Below are positions 38,965 to 52,613 of a stretch of 64,000 nucleotides of DNA, one piece after another (position 1 is the stretch's first letter; each line of letters opens with the position of its first letter). The DNA lies in assembly GCF_009914755.1 (NCBI RefSeq), contig NC_060925.1; one strand, 5' to 3'. A model generated the notes under the pieces. It was not told the origin of the DNA. It searched no databases and saw only the letters and a program-made list of their open reading frames with translations. Source of the stretch: the human T2T-CHM13v2.0 reference genome, Homo sapiens. Both the position numbers and the translations under genes were made by a program.

Positions 38965-39339
38965 CGAGATAGTAGACCAGCAGGATGTATTTCCTGGTTG
39001 ACAGGATGAAGTGAAGGAACTGGCAGGAACCAATAGGTAGCACCTAAGGCAACCTCTAGTTACTTTCACTGCTAGAAATTTCTGAATACCCCACCCCCTA
39101 ATTTGCATGTAATTAAAAGTAGGTATAAGTGGGTATAAATACAGCTGCCAACAGCCCATACACTGCTGACTCTGGGTGCACTGCCAACAAGTCCGCCTTG
39201 CTCTGCAAGGAGCAGCTCCAGTTCAATACAATATTGCTGTTTAATACTGTTGGCTCACCCTCGAATGCTTTCCTGGGAAAAACCAAGAACCCTCCTGAGC
39301 TAAGGCCCAATTTCAAGGCTTGCCTGCCCACCTGCATCA
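38965..39339 (+). mobile_element. MER66-like 3' LTR, ~110 bp shorter than the 5' LTR
   Basis: Follows the polypurine tract; homologous to the 5' LTR; ends CCTGCATCA. Confidence 0.88.
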
Positions 39340-39657
39340 TCAGCCTGAATATGAACATAGATTATATTCTTTCCCAGCTAGTTGACCATGGGAAATTGTC
39401 TAATCCCCCTGCATATTGGTTATCTAACAGGTAAAGTGGTGAGAAGCGATTCTCCGTAGGGTTGGCATGATGGTTACATGAGAAAAGTTATGTTGCAAAT
39501 GCTGAAAAATGCATAAAAAATACAGGGAAAATGTGTGTTCTTTACAAACTTACTTACTTGGTGTTAAAACCATGCAATCTGTTTGTAAATTTCGACGCTA
39601 TTTACTTTCACTTTCTGAACCTCTCCATTTTGTTTTCTCATTTGTAGAACGGGAATG

Positions 39658-40474
39658 TGTGATATTGTGAAATATATATGTTTGGTCTTTGGCTCAGTTC
39701 CCTGGTTTACAACTCCTACAGTCTTCAGACTATCCAAAGTGATGTATTTTTGTATACTAATAATTGACTGAATGCTAGAAGTCCCTGGGCAGCTTCAGGA
39801 TGGAGGCTGGTCATCAGAAAGACCAAGGCATAATTTTAGAGGGTTTGGTCTTTTAGCCCCACCCCCTGACTTCTGAGGAGGGGAGAGGGGCTAAAGGTTA
39901 AGTCAATTATGAATGGACAGTGATTTAATCAATCATGCATATGTAATGAAGCCTCTATAAAAAACCAGAGGGACAGGATTTTGAGAGCTTCCAGATTGCT
40001 GAATACATAGAGGTTGGCATGACTAGGGAAGGCATGGAAACTTTGCACCCCTTCCCCCATACTTCATTCTATACATCTCTTCATCTGTATCCTTTGTAAT
40101 ACCCTTTATGATAAACCAGTAAATGTGCTTCCCTGAGTTCTGTGAGCCACTCTAGTAAATTAATCAAACCCAAAGAGGGGGCCATGAGAGCCCCAACTTG
40201 GAGCCATTTAATCAGAATTTCCATAGGCCTGATCTGAGGTCTGAAGAGGAAGCAGTCTTTGGACTGAGCCCTCAACTTGTGGGATCTGCTGCTACCTCTA
40301 GGTAGATAGTCCAGCATTGAATTGGAGAATACCCAGCTGGCGTCTGCTGCAGAACTGATGGTTTGCTTGGTGTGTGGAGCAAACCCCCAAGCATTTGGTC
40401 ACAGAAGCATTTTGTATTGATTGTTGTTGAGTGACAGAATAGAAAAAACACTTTGAGTTTATGTTTTCCATACA
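39658..40474 (+). mobile_element. MER21-family solo LTR
   Basis: TGTGATATTGTGAAATATATATG..AGAAAGACCAAGGCA..GATTTAATCAATCATGC..CCCTGAGTTCTGTGAGCCACTCTAG..TTTCCATACA. Confidence 0.85.
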
Positions 40475-40581
40475 TGGGATGCTAAAAAATCAAAATAAAC
40501 CTATTCATTTATTAAAAGACATATATGATGTATATATAAAGTATGTTATTGATAATATATTTCACATACAATCTTACAGTG

Positions 40582-40937
40582 TGTATTAGTCCATTTTCAT
40601 GCTGCTATAAAGAATTACTTGAGACTGGGTAATTTATAGGAGAAAAAAGGTTTAATTAACTCACAGTTCCACATGGCTGGGGAGGCCTCAGGACACTTAA
40701 ATCATGGTGGAAGATGAAGGGGAAGCAAGGCTTGTCTTACATGGCAGTGGGGTTGGGGGGAACTGCCAAACACTTTTAAACCATTAAATCTCGTGAGAAC
40801 TTTCTCACTATCAAGAGTACATCATGGGGGAAACCGCCCCCATGGTCCAATTACCTCCTACCAGGTTCCTCCCTCCACACATGGGGATTATAATTCGAGA
40901 TGAGATTTGTGTGAGGACACAGAGCCAAATAATATCA
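40582..40937 (-). mobile_element. THE1C/D-like MaLR solo LTR
   Basis: TGTATTAGTCCATTTTCATGCTGCTATAAAG..GACACAGAGCCAAATAATATCA; 5-bp TSD CAGTG/TAGTG. Confidence 0.9.
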
Positions 40938-40959
40938 TAGTGGATATAATGTATTATGT

Positions 40960-41030
40960 ATAATGTGTTTGTTTTATTGAGCACCTATTACATACCAGGC
41001 ATTCTTCTAGGCTCTGGAGATTCAGATGTA
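40960..41030 (-). mobile_element. L2 3' end, antisense
   Basis: TTTATTGAGCACCTATTACATACCAGGCATTCTTCTAGGCTCTGGAGAT. Confidence 0.65.
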
Positions 41031-41049
41031 ATGTATGTGAAGGTCTTGG

Positions 41050-41210
41050 CTTTATGACCACTCTGTGTCTTGCTGTGCTTCCATTTCTTCACTTATGAAG
41101 TCAAGAGAAAAATATCGCCTACATCATATGATTGTTATGAGAATTAAATGAGCTAATATTTGTAAATGCTTGGAAGAGTGGCCAGGAGAGAATAAGATTT
41201 AGGTCTTATC
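41050..41210 (+). mobile_element. MIR fragment
   Basis: CCTACATCATATGATTGTTATGAGAATTAAATGAGCTAATATTTGTAAATGCTTGGAAGAGTG. Confidence 0.7.
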
Positions 41211-41237
41211 ATTACATCTATTCTCATGCTGCATTTT

Positions 41238-41472
41238 GTGGGAGTTAGGGCATAGGCTCTGGAACTAGACTATTGGGCTAAAATTCTAGGTCTATCATCT
41301 ACCCACTGTGTAACCTTAGACTATTTACTTAATCTCTCTGGGCTTCTGTTTAACTATCTGTACAACAGGAATAATAAGATCCACCTCATGGTGGTTGAGA
41401 GGATTGAATATTCTGATATTTGTAGAGCACTCTGTGTCTAGCACATAGTAAGCTCTTATAAGTATTTGCCAT
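41238..41472 (+). mobile_element. MIR, near full length
   Basis: GCATAGGCTCTGGAACTAGAC..CTGTGTAACCTTAGAC..TTACTTAATCTCTCTG..CACCTCATGGTGGTTGAGAGGATTGAAT..GCACATAGTAAGCTC. Confidence 0.8.
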
Positions 41473-41489
41473 ATCAAATTAATAAATAA

Positions 41490-41750
41490 AAGTGTGCTTC
41501 CTTTTATATGAAGTCCTAGAACAGGCCAAACTTATCTATAATTATAGAAATCAGATCAGCAATTTCCTGTGGTGAGTGATGGGGGAGGATTTGTTGCAGA
41601 GACAGGAAGGAAATTTTTGGAGTGAAGCCAGTGTTCTATATCTTGATTGGAATGGTGGTTACATGGGTGTTTTTCAAAAGTCATCACACTGTACACTTAG
41701 AAATGTGTGCATTTTAATACATGTATATCATGCTTCAATAAAGTTGCAAA
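41490..41750 (+). mobile_element. L1ME-class 3' end
   Basis: TATGAAGTCCTAGAACAGGCCAAAC..TGTTCTATATCTTGATTGGAATGGTGGTTACATGGGTG..CTGTACACTTAGA..TCAATAAAG. Confidence 0.8.
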
Positions 41751-44700
41751 AAAGGTCACAACAAATGCTTGCTCTAGCAGCACTGAGGCCAAAATTGAAG
41801 TGATCGGGAAAAGATGAATATAGTCTTGCACAGGATCTATAAGGTGGCCATGTATTAGATGAGATCATCCACTGTGTGTTTAGGAGCAATGACTTTGAAA
41901 TCTGATGGACTAGAGTATGTACTATGAAACTTATTAGGTATGTGATGAAAGAATAAACACTGTTCCCATATAATAGATGAGACAAATGAAAAATGTGCCC
42001 TTGGGCTGATCACATCACTTTTCTGAACATTAGTTTCCTCCTTTGTGAGTTATGGGAATTAGGTCATTCCTGTGGCCTTTCACTTCTAAAATTATTTGGT
42101 TGTATGACTTAGAAATACCATGATAATTAGAGATGGAACAAGAAACACTTTTTTTTCTGTTTTTTCTTTTCTTCTTTTTTAAACTTTTAATCCTCAGGAT
42201 CGATACTAATTAGGGGTAATTTAAATGAAGATAATAATGAGTATTTTTTTTTGAATCTTCTCTTGGAAAACCTATAGCATTAAAAGCTTTATTTGTAAAA
42301 TTGGTATTTTTTAGTTATTTCTTAAAACTGCTATTGTCTTTGAATATGATGTCTGATGCACTGAGGTTTAATTTGCTTTGGGGGTCTTAAAAAAATAAAC
42401 TGCACAGCAATACCATTAGATTCCTCAAATTCCATTTGATGTAGCACTCATTATCAAAAGGTTAATGCCAGAAATAAAGCTAGCCTCACATGCCATTACT
42501 ATATGTTTGAGTGATGAGAGGTGAGCTAGTGCTTGTACTAAAGACAACTTATGTCTGAAAAATGTTGGGAAAAGCACACTGCCCAAATTTTTAAAAGCTA
42601 TTTGTTAATAGTTTTTTTTTTTTTGCTATCACAGTTTTCATTTATATTTAGACAAAACAAGTAAGATTTTTAAAAATTTCTGTATGCTATATATAATGTA
42701 CTTGGGTTTTTTAAAAAAATGCCTATAACTGCTTTTCTCCACTTTTGCACAAAAGCTTTCATTTACTCTTATTTGCAGACAAGGTTTTTGAATTTTTTGC
42801 ACAGATATTTGAGACAATTATGAAAAATGTGTCCCTTGGTATATCTTTATAACTACATCTTACAATTGTGCAATATAAATGAGAAGTTTTAGAAGGGTAT
42901 AGCCTCATACATGAAATCATAAATACTTGCAAAACACTCCTTTTTCCTTCATAGTTCCAATTACCTCATTAATATTTGTTTAGATGCAGCAAGCAGAAAA
43001 TATACTTTGTAACATCTGTTTGTTGAACGGGGTTTTCACTGAATCACAATTGGCCACTAATAGCTGCAACAAAGAAAATTATGAGAAGATTGTTTCTAAA
43101 GCACAAATGCTTTTTTGCCATTGTTTTCCAGCAGTGAATATGCTTGTAGGAAAAAAAAAGAAATAAACATTAAAGAGAGTAGCACTGTAGTCTCCTGGCT
43201 ATGTATGTCCCATATTCTGTGAATGCGAGCATCATTTTGTTACTGGATAGCTAAACAACTGCTTACGTGATCGATAAAGAACATTATCTTAAATCATAGC
43301 ATGAATTCCCAATATCATACATAAAATCAATAAAACAGACAAAGACCAGGACTGAATTTTTCCACTAAAAGATTGCCTGCTGCTTTGGAAAATAATATTT
43401 AGTAGGTTGGATTTTTTTTTTGTTGTTGTTTTACTAATTATGAGCTCAGTGGCAGTTTATTCTGCAGTAAATCTGCTGGTGTGAGATTAAACCTGTTATT
43501 GAACAGAGTTTTGAATCTACTGCAAGGCACTCATCACTGCTGGAGAGTGAACATTGCTGTTATCTCATTTAAAAGTTGGCCAGCAAAGCAGCCCATTTGT
43601 TTAAAATGCAATTAAGCTGGTGTCTTGAAGAGAAATTAGCAAGGAGTACTTCATTTTGGAGGCATAAGAGGTCTGTTCGTAGACACATTAATCCTGTGAT
43701 TTGGGACATCGCTGCAATTTGGGACCCTGTTCTGAAAGGCTGCTCGGAACACACAGCACAAAAGGGGAAAGCTGGGTGAGAATAAGGTTCAGTTTTGTTC
43801 TTGATCAAAAGGAATCACGCCCACATATTCACACCCTAAACCTTCAGAACAGCCTTGCACTTTACAGGAACCAACTGAAGAAATTAAAAAGCAAGTTTAA
43901 TGAATGTTGCTGCTGAACTGAATCAAAAAGTTCAGTCACTTTTCACATAAATGTATGTATGATAACAATCTATTTTTAGAAGAAAAGATGTAGTAATTTC
44001 ACTGCTGGGTAATTGTTTTAAAAATGCTTAGTATTGAGTCCATTTTAATTTCACAATGCGATGATTACTACAAAAACAATGGATGGATATTTGTCATAAA
44101 ATTTCCCAGAGACTCAGTTACATGCAGCAGAAAACTTATCTTTGAAACAGTGCACTTTCAGATCTCTTCTATGAATGCTGTTTCTAATTCTAGAAAAAAG
44201 TAATGTTTCGGGTGATACCACCAAATATGTTATTTTGCAAGAACAAAGATTTTATCTTGCAAAAAGCAAAGAAACTTCACAATGCTTTACTTATTTCTCC
44301 AGGTAGTAACAATAATAAACTATATATAGCATGAGATTAAAAAATGAAGCATGGATTTGAGGTAATTACTTAGATGAGTCAAGCAAAACACAATTTAAAT
44401 TATAGTAATTGTTCACAGAAACAACAGATATTTTGGTGTCTGAAATATCAGGTGTTTATCCTCACTTCTTTTGGACTTCCTAAAGTGACCGCCATGTAAG
44501 ATATTTGTGTACTGTAAAGATTCAGTGGGTGCCTATTTCTCCCAGACACCCCTCTTTGTTTTGGTTGATACTCTCAAAGACAGCAGAACAAGCAGCTCAT
44601 TTCAATGTTTCAATCAATCCTACCTGCTGAAGAATTGTATGTAGCAGAATTTCAGCTTTGCCGAGATCTCAGTTGACTCAGAGAGAGAGAGAGAGTTGCA

Positions 44701-45399
44701 TGTTAACTCTGTAAGAGCCAGAATCATTTTAAAAATCAGTTCTGCCACAAATCCTTACAAAATATACCTTGTGCTTTATTGTCCTCTTTATCAGAACACA
44801 TCAGTTTAATTTCACTGTTTCTAATGAATCAAGATCATTATAAGTATCAGCTATTAAGATAAATTGAAACACACACACACATATACACTCACAACACAAA
44901 CAGCTAGTGTTTTCAAGGGACTAGGTGGAAGTACCCCAGGCAAATTTAATAAAAATCCTGTTCAAGATGCTGACATTATAATCACTTCAGCAATATTTTA
45001 TTTAAATTATCAGCTAACCTGTCTAAGCTCCTTGAAGGCAGGGATAGGCTGCATTTATCTTTGTCAACCTAGCATTAACCATAGTGCCTCGATCATTTTG
45101 AATATAATAAACAACTGATTTTTTTTCATTGTAAAATCTGGGCTGCTTTTTATTCTCATTTCTGATTCTAATCAATGACCCCATCACCAATCTTCCCCAA
45201 ACTCTTTGCAGTTTTATTTCCTCTTTTGTTTTTTCCTTTTGACACAGACAAAAAGGCTGCTTTCTCAGGGCAGTCAAGACTGTCTACTCTTTTTTTTTCT
45301 TTTTTTGCACTACTCCCTAGTACATGGGAGGGGACTTGCCTCTCTTTTCTCTCCCTGGTTTGCATCTTGCTACAATAGAAATTAGATTTTTGCTTATCT

Positions 45400-46030
45400 A
45401 TGAGAGCTTCTTTTTTCTTAATTCAAATTACATTTGGTTCTAAATTTAGTCTAGAGTCTCTATATTATTGGAAATTTATTTTAAGAATATTAATTTGTAT
45501 TTCTTTGAATATATGAGTTTGGGCTTTTTTCCTCCTTGCTTTATTTTTATTTTTTCAACAACTATTAATTTAAAAGCCAGTTGAGCCTCATTGTAATATA
45601 ATTAGTGTATTTGTTATCTTAATTTTTGGATATTTTCTATTGAGTTCTTAATATTTTTCCTATTTGTGATCTTAATATGTTAAGAATATATACCCTGTGT
45701 CATATTTATTTGAAATATTTCATTGTTTGCTTTTTACTGTTGAATTCAGTTTGGTTTCTGAAGTTCAAAAGTTTCAAAGTGTAATATAGTTATATCTATA
45801 TATCTTTCTCATTGCTATTTCATTTTACATAAAAAAAATCAGAAAAATATTCACAAATATTATCTTCTATTTCTTCATGGTTGGAATTTTTATATTTAAC
45901 TTTTGTTCCACTTGGAACTTATTTTCATAAATAGCTTCAGATCAGAATCTGAATTGATTTTTATCCAAATAACCAACCGATTGCCCCAGCTCTGTTTATT
46001 GAAATAATCTTTTCCTCTTCCCACCGATTG
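45400..46030 (-). mobile_element. Ancient L1 ORF2 3' fragment, antisense
   Basis: TTTTATATTTAAC..CCACTTGGAACTTATTTT..CCCAGCTCTGTTTATTGAAATAATCTTTTCCTCTTCCCACCGATT. Confidence 0.6.
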
Positions 46031-46819
46031 GTTATGCCTCCTTTATCATCCATAGCCTATTAGTGGGCTACTTGCCAGTCACCTAGAACCATATTTAAAA
46101 GAAGGTGGGATAGCAATTATAAGATATAGAAAAGATGGGGGTGCACATGCCTAAGAGTTATTTAGAGTTTGTTGTGAGACATTGGCCTGCTCCAAATATT
46201 GTATATAGCTTTTTGAATGGTGTTACCACCACAGCTGCTATACATAGTGCAACAAAACTCCACTACTCCTTGCAATAATGTTTGATTAAGAAAGAAAGTT
46301 AGTAGATAATCAGGAAATAGGAAGTATGCTAAAAAAATTTATAAGCTAGAAGGCAGGCTTTTAGTTCATACTTACACTTTGGCAATATTTGTTATCAAAA
46401 TATGATTGCTTTGTAACCCACAAAGTGGAAAAAGATATTTGCCATACATTTATCTGACAAAGACTTGTATCTAAAAATCAGTGAGATAAAAGGAAACTGC
46501 TTAATAGAAAAATGGAAAAAGATTTGAATATAGACTTCATCAAAGAAGATAGACAAATGGCAAATGGGTATAGAACAAAGTACGCAATCTCACTAATCAT
46601 TAGAGAAATGTATACTAAAACATCAATGAGATACTGCTACCACTCATGAGAATGGCTAAAAATAAAATGAATACCAAGCACATTTTTGGTAAGGATATTA
46701 AGAAACAAACTCATATTCTGCTGGGGAATATAAACTAGTGTAACCACTTGGAAACCATATAGGAAAGTCTACCATATTGCTGACCAAAAACATATCATAT
46801 GATCCAGACTTTATACTCC

Positions 46820-47530
46820 TGATAGCAGCAGGAGGCAGACAAATGCCTAGGCAGATAGGGGCAGGTCCCCAGTGAAACCCTACCTCCAAGCCAAAGACAG
46901 TTTAAAGCCTGAAAGTCAAGCTACAAGTCAAAACCATGGTCCAGATTGAGAACCTGTCTTCCCATTTGGTGTGCTATCCTTTGATTGATCCCTACCCTTC
47001 ACCTATTTTACATATATCTGCCCTTTCCTAATTGGTTTTTTTATACTGTTATGCCCACGTTTGAGTGGTGCCTTTGTTTTAACCTGTTCTGCATACTCAC
47101 AAACCAATCAGCATGCACTCCTCTGTTCTGAGCCCATAAAAGCCCTGGACTCAGCCACACTGGGAGGGAAACCACCAGACTCTGGGTGGTTGACCATCTT
47201 CTCATCCCCTCTCTGCTGAGAGCTGTTTTGTCACTCAATAAAATTCTTCTCCATTCTCCTCACCCTTCAATTGTCAGGGTTTCCTAATTCTTCTTGAATG
47301 TGGGACAAGAACTTTGGAACCACCAAACATGAGTACAAGCTATAACACAGGTGGGCTGGGGCACACCTGGGCCAAAGGCAGGCTGAGCCAGTGCACAAGC
47401 CAGGTGAGGCCCAGGTGGACTAAGTGGGTGGGGTGTCTCCTGAGGCAGGTAGCATGGCCGAGCAAGGCCTGGGCAGGGCCGTTGCCAGCTGGAGGTCCTT
47501 GGTTTGCAAAGTGAGAAAAATCCTGTGTCA
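46820..47530 (+). mobile_element. MER50 ERV1 solo LTR
   Basis: TGATAGCAGCAGGAGGCAGACAAATGCCTAGGCAGATAGGGGC..AATCCTGTGTCA; TSD CTCC/CTTC within the host L1. Confidence 0.88.
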
Positions 47531-47698
47531 CTTCTAGGTATGTACTAAAGAAAATGCATATTCATGATCACCAAAAGCCACATACTAGAATCTTCATAGC
47601 TCTTCATAATAACCTCACACTAGAAACAGCCAAAATATCCATCAGCAATAGAATGATAAATATATCACAATGTATTTACAGAATGGAATAATATATAG

Positions 47699-47895
47699 CA
47701 GTTTTTTTCAAAAAATTTGTATTAGAATCATCTGGAGAGTTTTTTTTTTAAATACAGATTGTTTTGCCCCACAATGAATTTCTGATTCAGCATTGTCAAG
47801 TTGGCAGCACAAGAACCGCTTTGATATTTGCATTTCTAGTACGTTTCTACAATGCTGATAACTGATGGTGTGGGAGCACCTTTTGATAATCACTG
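47699..47895. mobile_element. MER5-like hAT-Charlie MITE
   Basis: ATTAGAATCATCTGGAGAG..TTTCTGATTCAG..ATTTGCATTTCTA..CCTTTTGATAATCACTG. Confidence 0.7.
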
Positions 47896-49980
47896 GACAC
47901 AGTAATTAGAACAATCTATAGCTACTGCAACAACATGTGGGAATCTCCCAAACCTGATATTGAGCACAGGGAGCTAGAAGCTGATTTAAAGGTGAAAAAC
48001 AGGCAAAACAATTTCTTAGTGTTAAAAGTCAAAACAAGGTTACACTTGGAGGAGAAGGAGTAAAAGGAAGGAGGCCAGACGAGTTCTTCAGTGGTGCTGG
48101 CTCTGATATGTTTCTTGATCTAGGTGCCTGTTTTATGCATATTTTATACATATATATGTAAAACAATCCATGTAAAAATTAAAAATGAAACCTAAAAGTC
48201 CAAATACTATATATGTATCTCTCAGATTTAATCAAATGACCATGATGTTGATGAATTCTAGTCCAGAGTATGTGTTCATATAATTAAACGTTAGATTTTA
48301 AACTTGACCCTCAACCAAGGATTTCTCACTGTGGATGAAAATGTACCAAGTACTTTTGCTGTTCTGGGTGTGATCGGTCAAAGCTCTTCTAGGTGAACCC
48401 TCAGAGCCCAGCAGTGAAGGTGCAATCTCTGGCCTGCTGCCCTCAAAGCAGATCACCTATGGCTTTCCAAGCTGCTGCATTCTGAGGATGTGCCCTGTGA
48501 CGTCTCCTACAGCTGCTTTTACAGGAAAATAGGAATTGATGGAAGGAAAGATGGAAGCAAGAAAAGTTAGGAAATATTCCAAGAGTGAAGAAAAGCAAAA
48601 AGGCTTTCCAGCTGAGGAGGACAACAGAAGGCTTCTTCATAAGGAATAAGCACAGAGATTAATCTTGAGAAGAGAAGGGAGACAGGACATGCTTTATTGC
48701 TCTTGTTGTTTTTGGCCTTGTGACTATGCCCTAATATTGCCCCAAACTAGAGTCTGCAGACCGGAAAACGCTTATAGGAGTTTATTTCCCTTTATACTTT
48801 GCTGCTGCTATTGTTTCTCTCTCAGGGTCTTTCCTCTTCAAAGCCAGGTTAACAAGACAAACATCTTTTTTTTTTTTCTTTACGAGGTAAGTTGCTTTCA
48901 CAGGGGAAAAAGAAAACCGTCCATAAAGACCCTAAATTATCTCCATCCACTTTCCCTTGGTGCTCAGTACTTTTCATGGGCCTGAAGGTTAACTGCCTCC
49001 AGCTCCTGGGACATCAGCTCCTGGGACACATCACTTTACCTCATCCTCAGCCTCCTCAGGGCTCCTTTCCTTTATTTTTTAAAGATGGTCTTATTAGGCT
49101 TGGTAGTTGTAATAGCTTAACCTATGAAGGGAAAAACTTGCCTATTTGTTTTGAACTTTAAAAACATTGGGATAAAATTAAAAACATAAGCAGAAAATAG
49201 AGAAAAAAATTGAATATGGGTACTCTGTTATCTACTCATTTTCCTGGCATTTATGTGTAAATGAGTGGCAAAGTTCATCTGCATTTTACATAGGAACATT
49301 AGCTCTTTCATTGTCAAAAGATGCTCTTTTCTTAACTACTATCAGGAAGGGAAATAGAGGGAAAGCACAAAAGAAATACTTTTTGCAGTTGTCAATTTTA
49401 TATGCCAATGCTTGGAAATTCAGAGACCAGCTCTACCAACAAGCATAACTTTGAGAAAGAATGAATATTTTTTGAATGCATAGCTACAGATCAGTTAACA
49501 AAGAGACCCCTAGATGTTATACTCGATGTTATGGGGGGAGACAGAGTTACAGAAAATAAATAAATGAAAGGCAGGATTCCTTTCCTCAATGAGTTTACTG
49601 CCTAATAGCAAGCAACTAACAAAATAAAAGAATAAGAGTGCCAGGATTAAAAGAAAGAAAAGAGAAAGATATGAGAGATAAAGTCTGTTTATATTGAAAA
49701 AGACATTCAGCAGGCTTTGCTAGACATCTCAATGCTGCTGACTAGTTCAATTCTACTTTGTTTAAAAATAAAATTCTTTTATTTGTGAATTAATCGGTAA
49801 AGAACTATTCTCATCTATGTATTCTCTATTTTTCAGAGCCATTTTTTTTCTTACACTTTCTCTAGCTCTTCAAATGCACTATAAACATTTTCAGAAATAG
49901 GATATATTCTTTTTTATTTATTTATTAGTACCTTTCCTCATTTCTCCTCCATCTCCAAATTATATGGATTATAAAGATAT

Positions 49981-50181
49981 AGGCTTGGTGGTTGGTGCCT
50001 ATAATCCCAGCTACTTGGGAGAATTGAGGTGGTAGGATTGCTTGAGCCCAGGAGTTTTAAGCTTCAAGGCTGTAGTGAACTATATAATCACACCACAGCA
50101 CTTCAGCCTGGGCAACAGAGTGAGACTCTAGAAAAACAGAGTGAGTCTCTAGAAAAAAAAGGAAAAGAAAGAAGAAAAAAA
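49981..50181 (+). mobile_element. Alu monomer (FRAM or isolated J right arm) with duplicated 3' end
   Basis: GCCTATAATCCCAGCTACTTGGGAG..GGATTGCTTGAGCCCAGGAG..; AACAGAGTGAG(A/T)CTCTAGAAAA occurs twice before the A-rich tail. Confidence 0.85.
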
Positions 50182-50349
50182 TAGAGCAAAGAGAAATTAA
50201 ACATATAAAGAATATTGTAGAGTAAGGGATAAAGTTAATAACTGAAATCAACACTATCAAGACTTGGAGAAAAGCAGGCTGAAAATTTGATCTCTGCTTT
50301 TTAGGGAAACACAACATGCCTTTCACATGGCAGTTATGTGATCTTTTCA

Positions 50350-51200
<851 letters not shown>

Positions 51201-51964
51201 CATAAACATTCTTCAGTGCCAGACTTCCAAGATACTAAGGCATAGTTTGATAATAGCAGCTTGATAGCAATCCAACATGATCCAAGGATAAAATTAGGCA
51301 TAATAAAGGAAGGCTCCATATTTTTTCAAAAACAGTAATTCAACACCAATGTTCCCTACAACTAAACATCAAATAGAACAGTACTTAAAATTGAGATATT
51401 TTTTAACTTATTTATGGCAGAATGATATCGTTAAGAATCAGTTGATCTGAGGTAAGCCTGACATTTGCTTATGAAAACTGAGGAGCCCAACTAAAATGCA
51501 GACTGGATAAGAGGTGGAATTACAGTTATAGCCAGTGTTAGTTGTAGAGATGTAAAATATAATCATTGCATGGATGAAACCCTCTTCACTTCCTCTCAAA
51601 TGATATCTTCTTTATCAACCTCTACTTGGAGTCTCCTATAATTCCCTTTCCTGAGTGGACTTCAAAGGCTGTCGGTTCTGAGAAAAGGTCTTTGCACATT
51701 TATTTGTAAAAACATGTCAGTTGAAATGCTTAAAAGTTTATTTCCTGAAAATCAAAAGGCATAAACTTTCATAAGTCTTTTATGGTGACCCAGATCTAAA
51801 ATTGTTGGCAATCAACAAAACTAAGTATGAAAATAAATTTATGGGATGAGGCGTTAGCATTAATCAGAAGGGTTGATGTTGGAATGAATATAAATAATTG
51901 CCAAGTAAAGCTTCCATCAACTGGAAATGGAAACTCACAGGATATTTGAGACCTATGATGCCAA

Positions 51965-52613
51965 TGATGGAGCTCAGAAAACAATACCCAAATATAAGGC
52001 CTCAGAAGCAAAGTTTCTCTCAGACCTTCTTCTGCCCTCCTGTCATTCATCCTTCATTTTCCCCTGAGGCAAGTCATAGAAATTAGAGTTCCTCTTCCTC
52101 AGGGTGACTCATAGAAACTAGAATCCCCTTTGCCTGAAGTCAGCCGTAAGGTCTAAAAATAGAGATTACGCTAACTTCTCTTCCCCTCCCACTGCTCCAC
52201 TTTTCTGCATAAGAGCTGGCCATAAAGAATTTAAGACTAAGACCCTCATTCCAGAGGGAGCCTATTCCATATTCAAGAGAAAGAAATGCTACAAGAGAGA
52301 GACCAAGAATCTGAACGGACAGGCCTTGCTGGGTGTTCCCCTACTGGCCAGTCAATTGGTATTACATTATACCCTTTTTGTCCAATCACATTTCTACATG
52401 ACTGTCCCTGCTTCATTGACTCTGAGTCCTAAGTAAAAAATCAAATAGCTTCCCCTGTATCTTTGGATCTTACTTCTGAAGTCTCCCATATCATGTAAAA
52501 CTAAAATTAAATTTGTTATGTTTTTCTCTTCTTAAATTGTCTTTTTGTTATGAGGTACTGACCATGACCCTTATGATGGATGAGAAAAGGTATCACTCCT
52601 TTCCTCCCCTACA
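51965..52613 (+). mobile_element. MER39-like ERV1 solo LTR
   Basis: TGATGGAGCTCAGAAAACAATACCC..AGACCCTCATTCCAGAGGG..GAATCTGAACGGACAGGCCTTGCTGGG..TTCCTCCCCTACA; perfect 4-bp TSD CCAA (51961-51964, 52614-52617). Confidence 0.85.

Larger units (their letters stand above)
46420..48135 (+). mobile_element. L1ME-class ORF2 end and 3' UTR, interrupted by MER50 and MER5
   Basis: CTCACTAATCATTAGAGAAATG..GAGAATGGCTAAAA..ATATGATCCAG..ACTCC|TAGGTATGTAC..GAAACAGCCAAAATATCCATCAGCAATAGAATG. Confidence 0.8.
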
